64,000 nt of DNA from Nitrospiraceae bacterium (GTDB taxonomy: Bacteria > Nitrospirota > Nitrospiria > Nitrospirales > Nitrospiraceae): the NCBI GenBank assembly GCA_005799365.1, contig SYGV01000079.1, forward strand, positions 990 through 64,989. The letters run 5' to 3'. This document shows positions 43,630 to 52,636 of the stretch, piece by piece. The position numbers were made by a program, and so were the translations under genes. The notes beneath the pieces are model-generated. The model had not been told where the DNA came from, searched no databases, and saw only the letters and a list, made by a program, of their open reading frames with translations. How positions within the stretch are numbered: the stretch's first letter is position 1; each line of letters begins with the position of its first letter.

Positions 43630-43775
43630 GCTGATAGCCTATGGCGTATGGCGGGAAAAACCAAGCGCTGATGGCCGATGGCATATAGCCGGAGGAGTTT
43701 GGCAAGCGCGTCTACTTGTGACTATCAGCAATAGACTCTTGCTTGCTTCTGGCCATAAGCCATCTGCCATACGCT
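43630..43775. repeat. Compound ~150-bp stutter-word palindrome (CTGATAGCC, TATGGCG x2, CTGATGGCCGATGGCATATAGCC ... GGCCATAAGCCATCTGCCATACGC)
   Basis: It lies between the convergent stops 43621 and 43784. There is an inner hairpin GCAAG..GTCTA (43702) / TAGAC..CTTGC (43732). Confidence 0.7.
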
Positions 43776-43783
43776 CCTAATCT

Positions 43784-44374
43784 TCACCTGCATTGGAAGT
43801 CTTTGGCCATCCCGTCGATCGTCTGCGCCCAATCGGTGGTCTGCCCACGCAGCCGCTCCCGTTCCGACCGATAGCCGGCCTCGATCGCCGACACTGGCTC
43901 CTCATTCAGTCTCTTAGTGGCGTCCGTCACCTTGAGCTCCGCCATCCTCAGCGTGCCGCACACCCCCGAAGAGGCAGGTAGCTGGCCGCCGGCTCGCTGA
44001 AAGAGGGCCTGGGCTCGATAGGCATATTCCTGTGCGCGAAACAGGGCCTCCGCGCCTCGATAGAGTTCGGCCACGGCCGGTTCATGGTGTTGCGCCGCCA
44101 GTTGCGCCGCCATCAGCGCGGCCTTTCCGCTATGCAGCGCGGCCCCATCCGCATCGCCGTTCGCCATCGCCTCCTCGGCGCGACTTTGCAACCGCTGCAT
44201 CTCGGCCTCATCGCCCATAACCTGGGCGAAGAGGGGCAGGCTCGCGCCCCACAAGGTGACGGCCAAGCCGACAAAATAGAACAGCCTATAGCCCACAAGG
44301 ATCTTCAAACAGGCCGCTTTCTCACCCGCCCGCCCCAGGCGCGCCGAGACGCGCCGTTCCCCGTGGGAGGCCAC
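43784..44374 (-). CDS. Hypothetical secreted/membrane-anchored helical protein
   Basis: 196 aa. Hydrophobic segment FYFVGLAVTLWGASLPLFA, then an Ala/Glu/Arg-rich helical sequence. Start uncertain. Confidence 0.55.
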   Translation of the reverse strand: MASHGERRVSARLGRAGEKAACLKILVGYRLFYFVGLAVTLWGASLPLFAQVMGDEAEMQRLQSRAEEAMANGDADGAALHSGKAALMAAQLAAQHHEPAVAELYRGAEALFRAQEYAYRAQALFQRAGGQLPASSGVCGTLRMAELKVTDATKRLNEEPVSAIEAGYRSERERLRGQTTDWAQTIDGMAKDFQCR

Positions 44375-44387
44375 AGCGGGGGGTGTA

Positions 44388-44454
44388 GTTCTCGGTTGTC
44401 AGTGTTCAGTCGTCAGTTCCGGAAACTGAACACTGCATACTGATAACTGACAAC
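44388..44454. repeat. Stutter-word hairpin with TTCCGGAA core
   Basis: CAGTGTTCAGT (44400-44410) pairs with ACTGAACACTG (44425-44435), and GTTGTCAG (44395) with CTGACAAC (44447). The core is TTCCGGAA (44417-44424). Confidence 0.75.
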
Positions 44455-44504
44455 TCATGGGAAATGACGCGAGAACAACGCTGGCGGCCTGTTTCGACAT
44501 CCGA

Positions 44505-45590
44505 TTATTGGATGTATTCCCATGTGTCGATCTGCTTGAGCGTGTAATTCACCGCGTCCTTCAACTTCTTCTGCTTGGGGTCCGGTTCGGTACTGTGCAT
44601 CTTCTGGAGAGATTTGTAGAGGGCGAAGAGGGGCTCATAGGATCGCTTGTCTGGCAGCTTGCCAAGCGCCAGAACCACTTCGGTCTTCACGCCCACGTCA
44701 TCGATCTTCAAGGCCTCAAGGAGCGGCGTGATCACCGTGAAGTCGCTGTGCAGAGAGCCCAGCACCCCCAGCCCTTTGGCCGCGGCCGCTCGCAGCTCCG
44801 GCTTCCCTGACTGTATGGCCTCGACGAGGGCCGGAATACTGTCCTTGTTCCCGATATTGCCCAACGCCACGGCCGAGACCTTGGCCACGTCGAGATCGGA
44901 GCCCTTCAGCTCCTTCAGCAAACTCGGGACGGCTTGCGTCGAGAACAGATCGCCCAACGCGACGACGATCTGCGCCTTGCGCCCCGACGTGGCGGACGGA
45001 TCGTTCAGCATCTTGAGCAGCCGCTCTTCCTGCCCCCAATCCGCCGTTACCAGGACCGGGAAGTCATACTGCTCCAACCGCTCCTTCAATTTTGCCAACG
45101 CATATTGGCCCGGGTTCGCCGCCTTGGCCGAAGCCGCCGCCTGAGTCGAGTCCGGGAACTCCGTGCGGACCTCCTTCTGCCAGCCCATTTTCTTACCGCT
45201 CAGCAAATAGAGCAACTGGCAGGCCGGGCCTTTCCACACGCGGGACGGGGAGTCGGGCAAGTCCGCGTCGCTGCCCATCGTGGTGGTGCCTTCCCAGACT
45301 TTCCGCTGCTCGCACTTTACCTTGAACAGCACATCGGACGGCTGAGCTGGATCGATCACCACCTGGTAGCCGGCTTCCTTGAGCCGTTTGACTACGACCT
45401 CCTGGAGCGGACCAGGCTCCACCGGCCCCTGGTCCGTGATTGCGACCACCTCAACCAGAATCCGATCAACTTTTGCCAACAGGGCCTTTTGCTCCGGCTC
45501 CAAGATATCCCGGCGGGCCGACGCGTCGGCGCCGAACAATGCGAGCATGCCTATCAGGATCAAGACGGATAACCAGAGGGGTTGCTTCAT
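44505..45590 (-). CDS. Secreted HEAT-repeat protein
   Basis: ATG 45590 is preceded by GGAGG. Signal peptide MKQPLWLSVLILIGMLALFGADA. HEAT-like repeats (ALGNIGNKDSIPALVEAIQSGKPELRAAAAKGLG). Confidence 0.75.
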   Translation of the reverse strand: MKQPLWLSVLILIGMLALFGADASARRDILEPEQKALLAKVDRILVEVVAITDQGPVEPGPLQEVVVKRLKEAGYQVVIDPAQPSDVLFKVKCEQRKVWEGTTTMGSDADLPDSPSRVWKGPACQLLYLLSGKKMGWQKEVRTEFPDSTQAAASAKAANPGQYALAKLKERLEQYDFPVLVTADWGQEERLLKMLNDPSATSGRKAQIVVALGDLFSTQAVPSLLKELKGSDLDVAKVSAVALGNIGNKDSIPALVEAIQSGKPELRAAAAKGLGVLGSLHSDFTVITPLLEALKIDDVGVKTEVVLALGKLPDKRSYEPLFALYKSLQKMHSTEPDPKQKKLKDAVNYTLKQIDTWEYIQ

Positions 45591-45690
45591 CTGAGCCTCC
45601 TGCGCACGCAATAGAATGAAAAGGACACAACGTATGACAGAGATTCCGCTACCTAGCCGCACTGTACCCAAGCCCCCAGGGTCTTGCAAG

Positions 45691-45719
45691 TTGAAGGGAT
45701 GGGAAGGCGTCGGTATAAT
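45691..45719 (+). promoter_or_regulatory. Candidate sigma70 promoter placing the TSS at the proC ATG
   Basis: TTGAAG (45691-45696), 17-bp spacer, TATAAT (45714-45719). The ATG lies 6 nt after the -10 and no SD is present. Confidence 0.4.
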
Positions 45720-45725
45720 CGCGCC

Positions 45726-46550
45726 ATGGCGCTTCAGAAGAAGATCGCACTGATCGGGGCGGGGAACATGGCAGAGGCACTGGTGGCCGGCATGCTCAAG
45801 GCCGGCGTTGCCAAGGCCGGACAGCTCTACGCCACCGATATCCTGCCGGAACGCCGCACCCATCTCCAGGGCCGATACCAGATCAAGACCGGGTCGGACA
45901 ACGGGGAAGCCGCAGCCTGGGGCGACGTGCTGATCCTGGCCGTCGAACCTCAGATTATTGATAAGGTCATACAGCTAACGGCTCAATCTATAAAGAAAGA
46001 TGCCTTGATAGTTTCCGTGGCAGCCGGCTATCAGATCGGCAGCTTGGCCGCCCAACTTCCTCCTGGAACCAGGATCATCCGGGCCATGCCGAACACCCCC
46101 ACGAGCGTAGGAGCAGGGGTGACGGCACTCGCGCCTGGGCCTGGCGTCACGCCAAAAGATTTAGAGACAGCCAGGACAATTTTTGAGTCGGTCGGCACGG
46201 TCGCCACCATAGAAGAGCGGTTGCTGGATGCGGTCACCGGCCTGAGCGGCAGTGGACCTGCCTATGCCTATCTGATCATCGAGGCCCTGGCCGATGGAGG
46301 GGTGAAGGCAGGGCTGCCCCGGCAGACGGCGCAACTCCTAGCGGCTCAGACCCTGCTAGGGGCGGCGCGGATGGTGATCGAAGGCGGGGAGCATCCGACC
46401 GTCTTAAAAGACCGGGTCGCCTCGCCAGGCGGGACGACCATCGCCGGCCTGCGCCGACTGGAAGAAGGCCGGCTGCGCGCCACGCTCATCAATGCCGTGG
46501 AGGCAGCGAGCAAGCGCTCGAAGGAGTTGGGCGCCGCCCCTCGGAGCTAG
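45726..46550 (+). CDS. proC: Pyrroline-5-carboxylate reductase
   Basis: N-terminal Rossmann motif KKIALIGAGNMAEAL and C-terminal SPGGTTIAGL. Confidence 0.9.
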   Translation: MALQKKIALIGAGNMAEALVAGMLKAGVAKAGQLYATDILPERRTHLQGRYQIKTGSDNGEAAAWGDVLILAVEPQIIDKVIQLTAQSIKKDALIVSVAAGYQIGSLAAQLPPGTRIIRAMPNTPTSVGAGVTALAPGPGVTPKDLETARTIFESVGTVATIEERLLDAVTGLSGSGPAYAYLIIEALADGGVKAGLPRQTAQLLAAQTLLGAARMVIEGGEHPTVLKDRVASPGGTTIAGLRRLEEGRLRATLINAVEAASKRSKELGAAPRS

Positions 46551-46639
46551 CCGGGCAAAGCAGCCAGGCAAAGCCGGGCAAAGAACGCTTGCCCGCCCCG
46601 CCGCAATCCAGTAGACTGCCGCGCCAACAGACGATGGCG

Positions 46640-46696
46640 CTCAGTGGTCGGTGATCGGTTTCCGGAACTGCCGACGGAGCACTGACCACCGACAAC
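46640..46696. repeat. Stutter-word element with TTCCGGAA core
   Basis: CAGTG (46642) and GTCGGTG (46647) lie upstream of TTCCGGAA (46659-46666); CACTG (46680) and CACCGAC (46687) lie downstream. Confidence 0.7.
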
Positions 46697-46734
46697 CCTG
46701 TTCCACATTTTCCGGCCTTCATAAGGAGCTGCCC

Positions 46735-46929
46735 GTGGTCTATTGGGTCAAAGTCGTGTTCACCGACAATCAGGAACTGCTGGTCAAGGATGCAATCCGG
46801 CACACGATCAGCGAAGACATGGAAGTGCTGGAAGTGGACTCGGCCAAGGAAGTCATCATCATCCCCATGAAGCAGATCAAGTACATCGCCTGCGACGCGA
46901 CTGTGTTCGCGCAGAAATCAAAGACTTAG
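46735..46929 (+). CDS. Small hypothetical protein (64 aa)
   Basis: GTG 46735 is preceded by AAGGAG at 6-nt spacing. Product MVYWVKVVFTDNQELLVKDAIRHTISEDMEVLEVD... has lower GC and a protein-like composition. Confidence 0.55.
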   Translation: MVYWVKVVFTDNQELLVKDAIRHTISEDMEVLEVDSAKEVIIIPMKQIKYIACDATVFAQKSKT

Positions 46930-47353
46930 CGTTTCAGCCCCCCCCTGCTCTGTCACGGTTTCAGTCACGGTTGGGCTGGCAACTAAGGCAGGAGGGGAGT
47001 TCTGGTTAAGCCGATCCACAACTCTTGACGATATCTCCCCCCTGATACGTCTTCGCACAATCTTTTCGCATTTCTTGGTCGAAAAGCGCATACTTCTTCT
47101 CGCCCCATCCGTCCCCCTCTTTCCTGTCGGAGGTTCACGATGAATCTTCGCGACCGTCCTCTGGCCATGCTTCTCGCATGGCGCGTATTGCCTAGTACCG
47201 TGGAGCCTGCGTGGTGAACGTGGCACGAAAAACGTTGCGCATGCCGACGAGCCTGCGGCGCGGTCTGCCCCATTGCTGCTTATTGCAACTGGCCGCCGCA
47301 GTCCTTCCCGTAGTGATGTAGAACCTGCGCTCCACCGCCAGCAAGGCGAACAG

Positions 47354-49006
47354 CTACTTCCCAGGCGAGAGGCGTTTGGCGAGGCGTTTGGCCAACCGCA
47401 CCATGGCGGGGGACCGGTCGGCCGGATCCAGCAGCACGTTCAGCACGTGCAGCTGCTTGTTGTCGCGCAGGGCCGTCTGAAGCGCCTGGACCAGCTCTCC
47501 ATGTGTGGCCACCCGGTGGCCGACGCCGCCACCCACCAGATCGCAGATCTTGTCGTAGCGCCATTCGTTCACATCGTTGAAGGGTCCGTCCAGGATTTCC
47601 CGTTCCGTGCCGTAGCCTCGGTTGTTGAGCACGATCACGATCGGCGCCTGACCGTAGCGGAAGCAGGTGCTTAATTCCGTGCCGGTCATCTGGAAGGCCC
47701 CGTCGCCCACCAGCACGATGAGGCGAAGCGAGGGGTCAGCGAATCCGACCCCCACAGAGGCAGGCACCGCAAACCCCATGGACGTATAGTAGGCAGGGGA
47801 GAGGAACTCCGCGCTCTTGTGGACGCGCAGGTCGGCACCGGCAAAGAGCGCCTCGCCGATGTCGGCCACCACCAGCATCTTCTCATCCAGCATGCTCTCG
47901 AGCTGGTGAAACAATCCGCTGAGCGTGACCTGGCTCCCGGCGGCCGGCGCTTCCTGCCTGCCCGCATCGCGGGAGGGCAAGCGGCGCGCATGGAAGGTCG
48001 GCATGGGCGCGGCGATCAGGGCCTTCACGAAGTCCTCGAAGTAGACCCCCTCGTACCGATGGTGTTTGATCGTGATCGCGTCGGCGATGGCGTGGATCGC
48101 GCGGCCTTCCGCCAGGAACGGGGATTGGGCGCCCAGGTCTTCGATATCCGTCAGGATGGAGCCGAGCATCAGCAGGCAGTCGGACCCGTCCACGAACTCC
48201 TGCACCTCGTCGCGGCCGATGAGCCCGCCGTAGACGCCCACGAAGAGCGGATGGTCCTCACGGATCACGGACTTGCCCAGCAGGGTGGAGACGACCGGGA
48301 TATTCATCCGTTCGACCAGACGCGACAGATCGTCCTGGAGCCGGAAGCGATGCACCTCCGCGCCGACCAGCAGCACCGGCTTTTCCACCGCAGCCAGCAT
48401 TTCACGCACCTCGGCGACCGCTTCCGCCAGGGCCGCCTTGTCGCTCGCTTCGCCGGCCTTCGCCGGCGCGCGCGACGGCCCCTCGATGGGGGCGTGCACG
48501 AGGTCGCGGGGGATTTCGATGTAGATGGGACGTTTGTAGCGCACCAGGGCCGTCAGGGCTCGGTCGATCTCGCGCTCGGCCGTGAGCGGATCGTCCAGCA
48601 CGACCGAGGCGACGGTCACTTTCTCGAACACTTCTTTTTGTGTGGAGAAGTCGCGGACCATGTGGTGCAAGTAGGGATTGCGCACCCGCTCCGCCAAGCC
48701 GGGCGAGCCGGTGAGCAGAATGACGGGGGACCGTTCTGCATAGGCGCAGGCGATGGCATTGACGACGTTCAAGCCCCCCACGCAGTAGGTGACACAGACC
48801 CCGCCGATGCCCTTGATCCGTGCATAGGCGTCGGCGGCAAAGCCGGCGCAGTCCTCCCGCGTCATTCCCACTTGCGTAATGGGCGACTCTTCGATCAGCT
48901 TGTAGAGGGTGAGCACATAGTCGCCGGGAACGCCGAAGATATGCTTCAGCCCAAGACCGTGCAGCCGCTCCAGCAACACAGACCCGATGGTCCTCGTCTC
49001 CGTCAT
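47354..49006 (-). CDS. Thiamine-diphosphate-dependent 2-keto-acid decarboxylase (indolepyruvate/pyruvate decarboxylase family)
   Basis: N-terminal FGVPGDYVL, GFAADAYAR and the TPP-binding GDGAFQMT...NN motif. 550 aa. Confidence 0.85.
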   Translation of the reverse strand: MTETRTIGSVLLERLHGLGLKHIFGVPGDYVLTLYKLIEESPITQVGMTREDCAGFAADAYARIKGIGGVCVTYCVGGLNVVNAIACAYAERSPVILLTGSPGLAERVRNPYLHHMVRDFSTQKEVFEKVTVASVVLDDPLTAEREIDRALTALVRYKRPIYIEIPRDLVHAPIEGPSRAPAKAGEASDKAALAEAVAEVREMLAAVEKPVLLVGAEVHRFRLQDDLSRLVERMNIPVVSTLLGKSVIREDHPLFVGVYGGLIGRDEVQEFVDGSDCLLMLGSILTDIEDLGAQSPFLAEGRAIHAIADAITIKHHRYEGVYFEDFVKALIAAPMPTFHARRLPSRDAGRQEAPAAGSQVTLSGLFHQLESMLDEKMLVVADIGEALFAGADLRVHKSAEFLSPAYYTSMGFAVPASVGVGFADPSLRLIVLVGDGAFQMTGTELSTCFRYGQAPIVIVLNNRGYGTEREILDGPFNDVNEWRYDKICDLVGGGVGHRVATHGELVQALQTALRDNKQLHVLNVLLDPADRSPAMVRLAKRLAKRLSPGK

Positions 49007-49086
49007 GTCCCTCTCCTCGTTCTCTTGTACCCCTTGTACCCCGACTTCACCGTCAATGTCGAACCGATTGTACTATAATCACCCGG

Positions 49087-51078
49087 ATGAAACCGATCGC
49101 GACCGGCCCGCCCACCCGGACAGACTCCCCGGATAGGCCCGTGGTTCATCCGGAAACGGAACTGCCGGAGATCACGATCAAAGGCATGCTCCTCTCGATT
49201 GTCCTGGCTACGGTGCTGGCCGGCGCCAACGCCTATCTAGGCCTCTTCGCCGGCATGACCGTGCCTGCCTCCATCCCGGCAGCCGTCCTGTCCATGGCCG
49301 TGCTGCGGTTCTTCCGCCATTCCAACATTCTCGAGAACAACATCGTGCAGACGGCCGCCTCGTCCGGCGAAGCACTGGCGGCGGGGGTCATCTTTACCAT
49401 ACCCTCCCTCATCCTGATCGGCTACTGGACCAGCTTCGACTATTGGCAGACCGCCTCCATTGCGCTGGTCGGTGGTCTCCTGGGCGTCCTCTTCACAATC
49501 CCGCTCCGCCATGCCCTCATCGTCCAGGCACGCCTGCGCTTCCCCGAAGGGGTGGCGACCGCCGAAGTGCTGAAAGTCGGGGCTGGCCCCTCGGCCGGTT
49601 CGTCGAACGCCGTGGCGCGACAGGGAGTGAAGACCCTGCTGACCGCCGCCTTGCTGGGCGGAGCCGTCAAGCTGGGGGAAAGCGGCCTGGGCCTTTGGGC
49701 CGAAGCCCTGGAAGGAGCGAGCAGGCTCGGGCGCTCCGTCGTCTATGCCGGCATCAACCTCTCGCCCGCACTCCTAGCCGTGGGCTTCATCATCGGCCTC
49801 AGGACCGCTGTCGTCGTCTGTTTCGGCGGCGTGTTAGGCTGGCTGGTCTTGATGCCCCTGTATGGGCTGGCGAACGGACTACCGGACGGGGCCGATGCGC
49901 TGGCTGCGGCGAAATCGATATGGAGCGGCCATATTCGCTATGTAGGCATCGGTTCCATGCTCGTCGGGGGGCTCTGGACCCTGGTGCAGTTGCGCCGACC
50001 GATCTACGAAAGCCTGCTGACCGTGAGGCAAGCCTACCGCGCGGTCGGCGCCGGCCCGGCCGCTCCCAGGACCGAACGGGATGCCTCCCTGCCCTGGATC
50101 GTCGCCCCCTTCCTCCTCGCGCTCCTCCCCATGACCGTCATCTATGCGCTGGTGGTCGGGCGCATCGGCGTGGCGATCGGCATGACGCTGGTGATGGTCG
50201 TCGCCGCCTTTCTCTTCTCCTCTGTCGCCGCCCACATGGCCGGCCTCGTCGGCAGCTCCAGCAACCCCGTGTCTGGGGTCACCATCGCCACGATCATGCT
50301 GGCGGCCTTGCTGCTCGTGCTGATCATGGGGCAGGGGAATCCGGCCGGCCCGGCCGCCACGCTCCTGATCGGCGCCGTCATCTGTTGCGCTGCGGCCATG
50401 GGCGGGGACAACTTGCAAGACCTCAAGACCGGCCACCTGGTCGGCGCCACGCCCTGGAAGCAACAGATCATGCAAGTGGTCGGCGTGGCCGTGGCCGTCT
50501 GCGTGATCGTGCCGGTCCTGGCGCTCCTGCAAGCCAAGTATGGAATCGGCGAGGTGACGGAATCCCATCCGCATCCGCTCAGCGCCCCGCAAGCTACTTT
50601 GATGGCCAGCCTGGCGCGCGGCGTCTTCGGGGAGGGGCTGCCCTGGCCCTTTGTCGGATTGGGCGCAGCCATCGGGACCGGGATCATCCTGTTCGACCGC
50701 TGTCAGGAACGGCACGGGGCCTCGTTTCGTGCGCCGGTGCTCGCCGTGGCGCTCGGGATTTACCTCCCGTTAAAACTGTCTGCCGCCATTCTCATCGGAG
50801 GGGTGATTGCGGAGTTGGCTCAACGGACCGCGCCCCAAGGGGAGAGATCGGGCAATGACGGGCTTCTGTTCGCGGCAGGACTGGTAACCGGCGAAGCTTT
50901 GATGGGCATCCTGCTGGCCCTGCCCATCGCCTTGAGCGGTCTCTGGCCTTCGCTCGGATCGGACCCGTTCAGGATCTTCGCAACGCCGCCGCTCGGCGCC
51001 TGGCCTGGGTTGCTTGCGGTCGCGGGGGTGGCCTGGATGCTGTACCGGATTGCTCGGCCGGAGGCCGTCACAAAATGA
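49087..51078 (+). CDS. OPT-family oligopeptide transporter
   Basis: 663 aa, about 16 TM, OPT-type N-terminal motif TIKGMLLSIVLATVLAGANAYLGLFAGMT. Confidence 0.85.
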   Translation: MKPIATGPPTRTDSPDRPVVHPETELPEITIKGMLLSIVLATVLAGANAYLGLFAGMTVPASIPAAVLSMAVLRFFRHSNILENNIVQTAASSGEALAAGVIFTIPSLILIGYWTSFDYWQTASIALVGGLLGVLFTIPLRHALIVQARLRFPEGVATAEVLKVGAGPSAGSSNAVARQGVKTLLTAALLGGAVKLGESGLGLWAEALEGASRLGRSVVYAGINLSPALLAVGFIIGLRTAVVVCFGGVLGWLVLMPLYGLANGLPDGADALAAAKSIWSGHIRYVGIGSMLVGGLWTLVQLRRPIYESLLTVRQAYRAVGAGPAAPRTERDASLPWIVAPFLLALLPMTVIYALVVGRIGVAIGMTLVMVVAAFLFSSVAAHMAGLVGSSSNPVSGVTIATIMLAALLLVLIMGQGNPAGPAATLLIGAVICCAAAMGGDNLQDLKTGHLVGATPWKQQIMQVVGVAVAVCVIVPVLALLQAKYGIGEVTESHPHPLSAPQATLMASLARGVFGEGLPWPFVGLGAAIGTGIILFDRCQERHGASFRAPVLAVALGIYLPLKLSAAILIGGVIAELAQRTAPQGERSGNDGLLFAAGLVTGEALMGILLALPIALSGLWPSLGSDPFRIFATPPLGAWPGLLAVAGVAWMLYRIARPEAVTK

Positions 51079-51155
51079 TGAATGCTACGTGATGAATGAT
51101 GAACGGAAGATTCCCTGGCCAACATTCATCATTCAGCATTGCTCGTTCATCGTTT
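51074..51155. repeat. Stutter-word inverted repeat (GATGAATGATGAACGG ... ATTCATCATTCA ... CGTTCATCGTT)
   Basis: It fills the gap between convergent stops (51078 and 51154). TGAATGATGAA (51093-51103) pairs perfectly with TTCATCATTCA (51125-51135). Confidence 0.75.
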
Positions 51156-51621
51156 AGTCAGAGGGCGGTTCAAAATGCCCCGGAGGACGAGATTGCCAGG
51201 GAACTGTAGCCTGCCGGGATTGCTTGACCAGACTGCGCAGACTGGCTTCCGCCGCCCGCACCAGCTTGGGCTCGCCGCCCTGGAGTAACGCGGTCAGCAG
51301 CACATAGAGTTCCCGCTCTTCCTTGCTGCCTTGCAAGACCCGTTCGGTGACCGGGTCCACTGAGGCCTCGGAAGGAACAAACAACGCTTCCCCATCCGGG
51401 TCCGTGGCGAGTAACGTCAACTGCTTGGGGTCTCCATAGAGCCAGGGGACGGGAATACCCAACGCTCTCGCCAGCGATTCCAGGGTCGAGGCTTGCGGGT
51501 CCAGCTCGCCGCTTTCGATCGCCTCCAGCGACGAGGAGGGGAGCCCGGCCTTGTTGGCCAACCCCGAGACAGACTGCCGCTTGGAGAGACGCCAAGCCTG
51601 AATGGTCGAGCCGATCGACAT
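51154..51621 (-). CDS. XRE-family HTH transcriptional regulator
   Basis: N-terminal HTH (IQAWRLSKRQSVSGLANKAGLPSSSLEAIESG). Start at ATG 51621 or 51642. Confidence 0.75.
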   Translation of the reverse strand: MSIGSTIQAWRLSKRQSVSGLANKAGLPSSSLEAIESGELDPQASTLESLARALGIPVPWLYGDPKQLTLLATDPDGEALFVPSEASVDPVTERVLQGSKEERELYVLLTALLQGGEPKLVRAAEASLRSLVKQSRQATVPWQSRPPGHFEPPSD

Positions 51622-51720
51622 GGGCGGATGATAGCGAATCACGCCTCATCACGCAATGGCCCGATAACCGCTTGACAGGACTGCGCCGTCCCGGTACTGC
51701 TGGTCCGCAAAGGAGACACA

Positions 51721-52530
51721 GTGCCTGCTCATTCCCCCAAACCACTCACCGCCACCAAAGCCCAATTCATCCGCTCGCTCGCGAAGCAGAAGAAGGAACG
51801 GGATCGGGAGCGGGCCTTCGTGCTGGAAGGGGAGAAGCCGATCCTTGAGTTGCTCGCATCAGACGCGACGGCCTTGCTGGCCCTGGTGATCGGAGAAACC
51901 CGGCTCTCGCAAGCCGATGCGGGCCTGCGACAGATCCTGCGCCGCCAGTCCGTCCCGCTCCATGCCTGCCGCGACTCGGTCTTCGACAGTCTGTCGGAGG
52001 TAACGAGTCCGTCCGGCATCCTGGCGGTGGTGCGGCAGCCAGCCTGGGACCGGCAGGCGATACTCGGCCGCTCGCCGTGGCTGGGACTTTACGGCGAGAG
52101 GCTCCAGGACCCGGCCAACGTCGGAACAATCATCAGGACGGCGCTCGGCTTCGGGCTCGCTGCCCTGTGGCTCTCGGCCGACTCGGCCGACGTCTTCAAC
52201 CCCAAGGTCGTGCGGGCGACGGCCGGAGGCATCCTGAAACTACCGGTGCTCTATATCAAGGATGTGGCCGAATTGACGGGGCAGGGCTGCGCGCTCCTGG
52301 CTTCCGTGCCGGCCGGCAAAGCCAGCCACCCCATCACGGACCTCACGGACCTGCCGGAGCGATCGGTGCTCGCCTTCGGGAACGAAAGCCGGGGCCTGTC
52401 GGACGCCACGCTGCGACGAGCCACAGTCCGTTTCCATATTCCCGTCAGCCCGGCGATCGAATCCCTGAACGTGGCCGCTTCGGCCGCCATCGCCGCCTTC
52501 TACTTTTTGACGACATACAAAAATCGCTGA
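51721..52530 (+). CDS. TrmH/SpoU-family RNA 2'-O-methyltransferase
   Basis: The GTG is preceded by AAGGAG. SpoU motifs QDPANVGTIIRTA, LAFGNESRGLS and ESLNVAASAAIA. Confidence 0.85.
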   Translation: MPAHSPKPLTATKAQFIRSLAKQKKERDRERAFVLEGEKPILELLASDATALLALVIGETRLSQADAGLRQILRRQSVPLHACRDSVFDSLSEVTSPSGILAVVRQPAWDRQAILGRSPWLGLYGERLQDPANVGTIIRTALGFGLAALWLSADSADVFNPKVVRATAGGILKLPVLYIKDVAELTGQGCALLASVPAGKASHPITDLTDLPERSVLAFGNESRGLSDATLRRATVRFHIPVSPAIESLNVAASAAIAAFYFLTTYKNR

Positions 52531-52636
52531 TTAAAAAAACAGGACAACAATAAGAAGCAGAGGTGAGGGCATCAGCAAAATCCTGGGCAACTGCACCTTG
52601 CTTTTTCTTCTCCGGCAGAGGCAGCATACTGCCTGC

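Noticed and set aside
52553-52632. Hairpins just left of the IS as the TrmH terminator: AAGCAGAGGTG/CACCTTGCTT with a 31-nt loop, and AGGCAG-CATA-CTGCCT.
   Set aside because: The stems are short or the loop very large, and the U-tract is weak (TTTCTTC). They are plausible but not strong enough to annotate as features.
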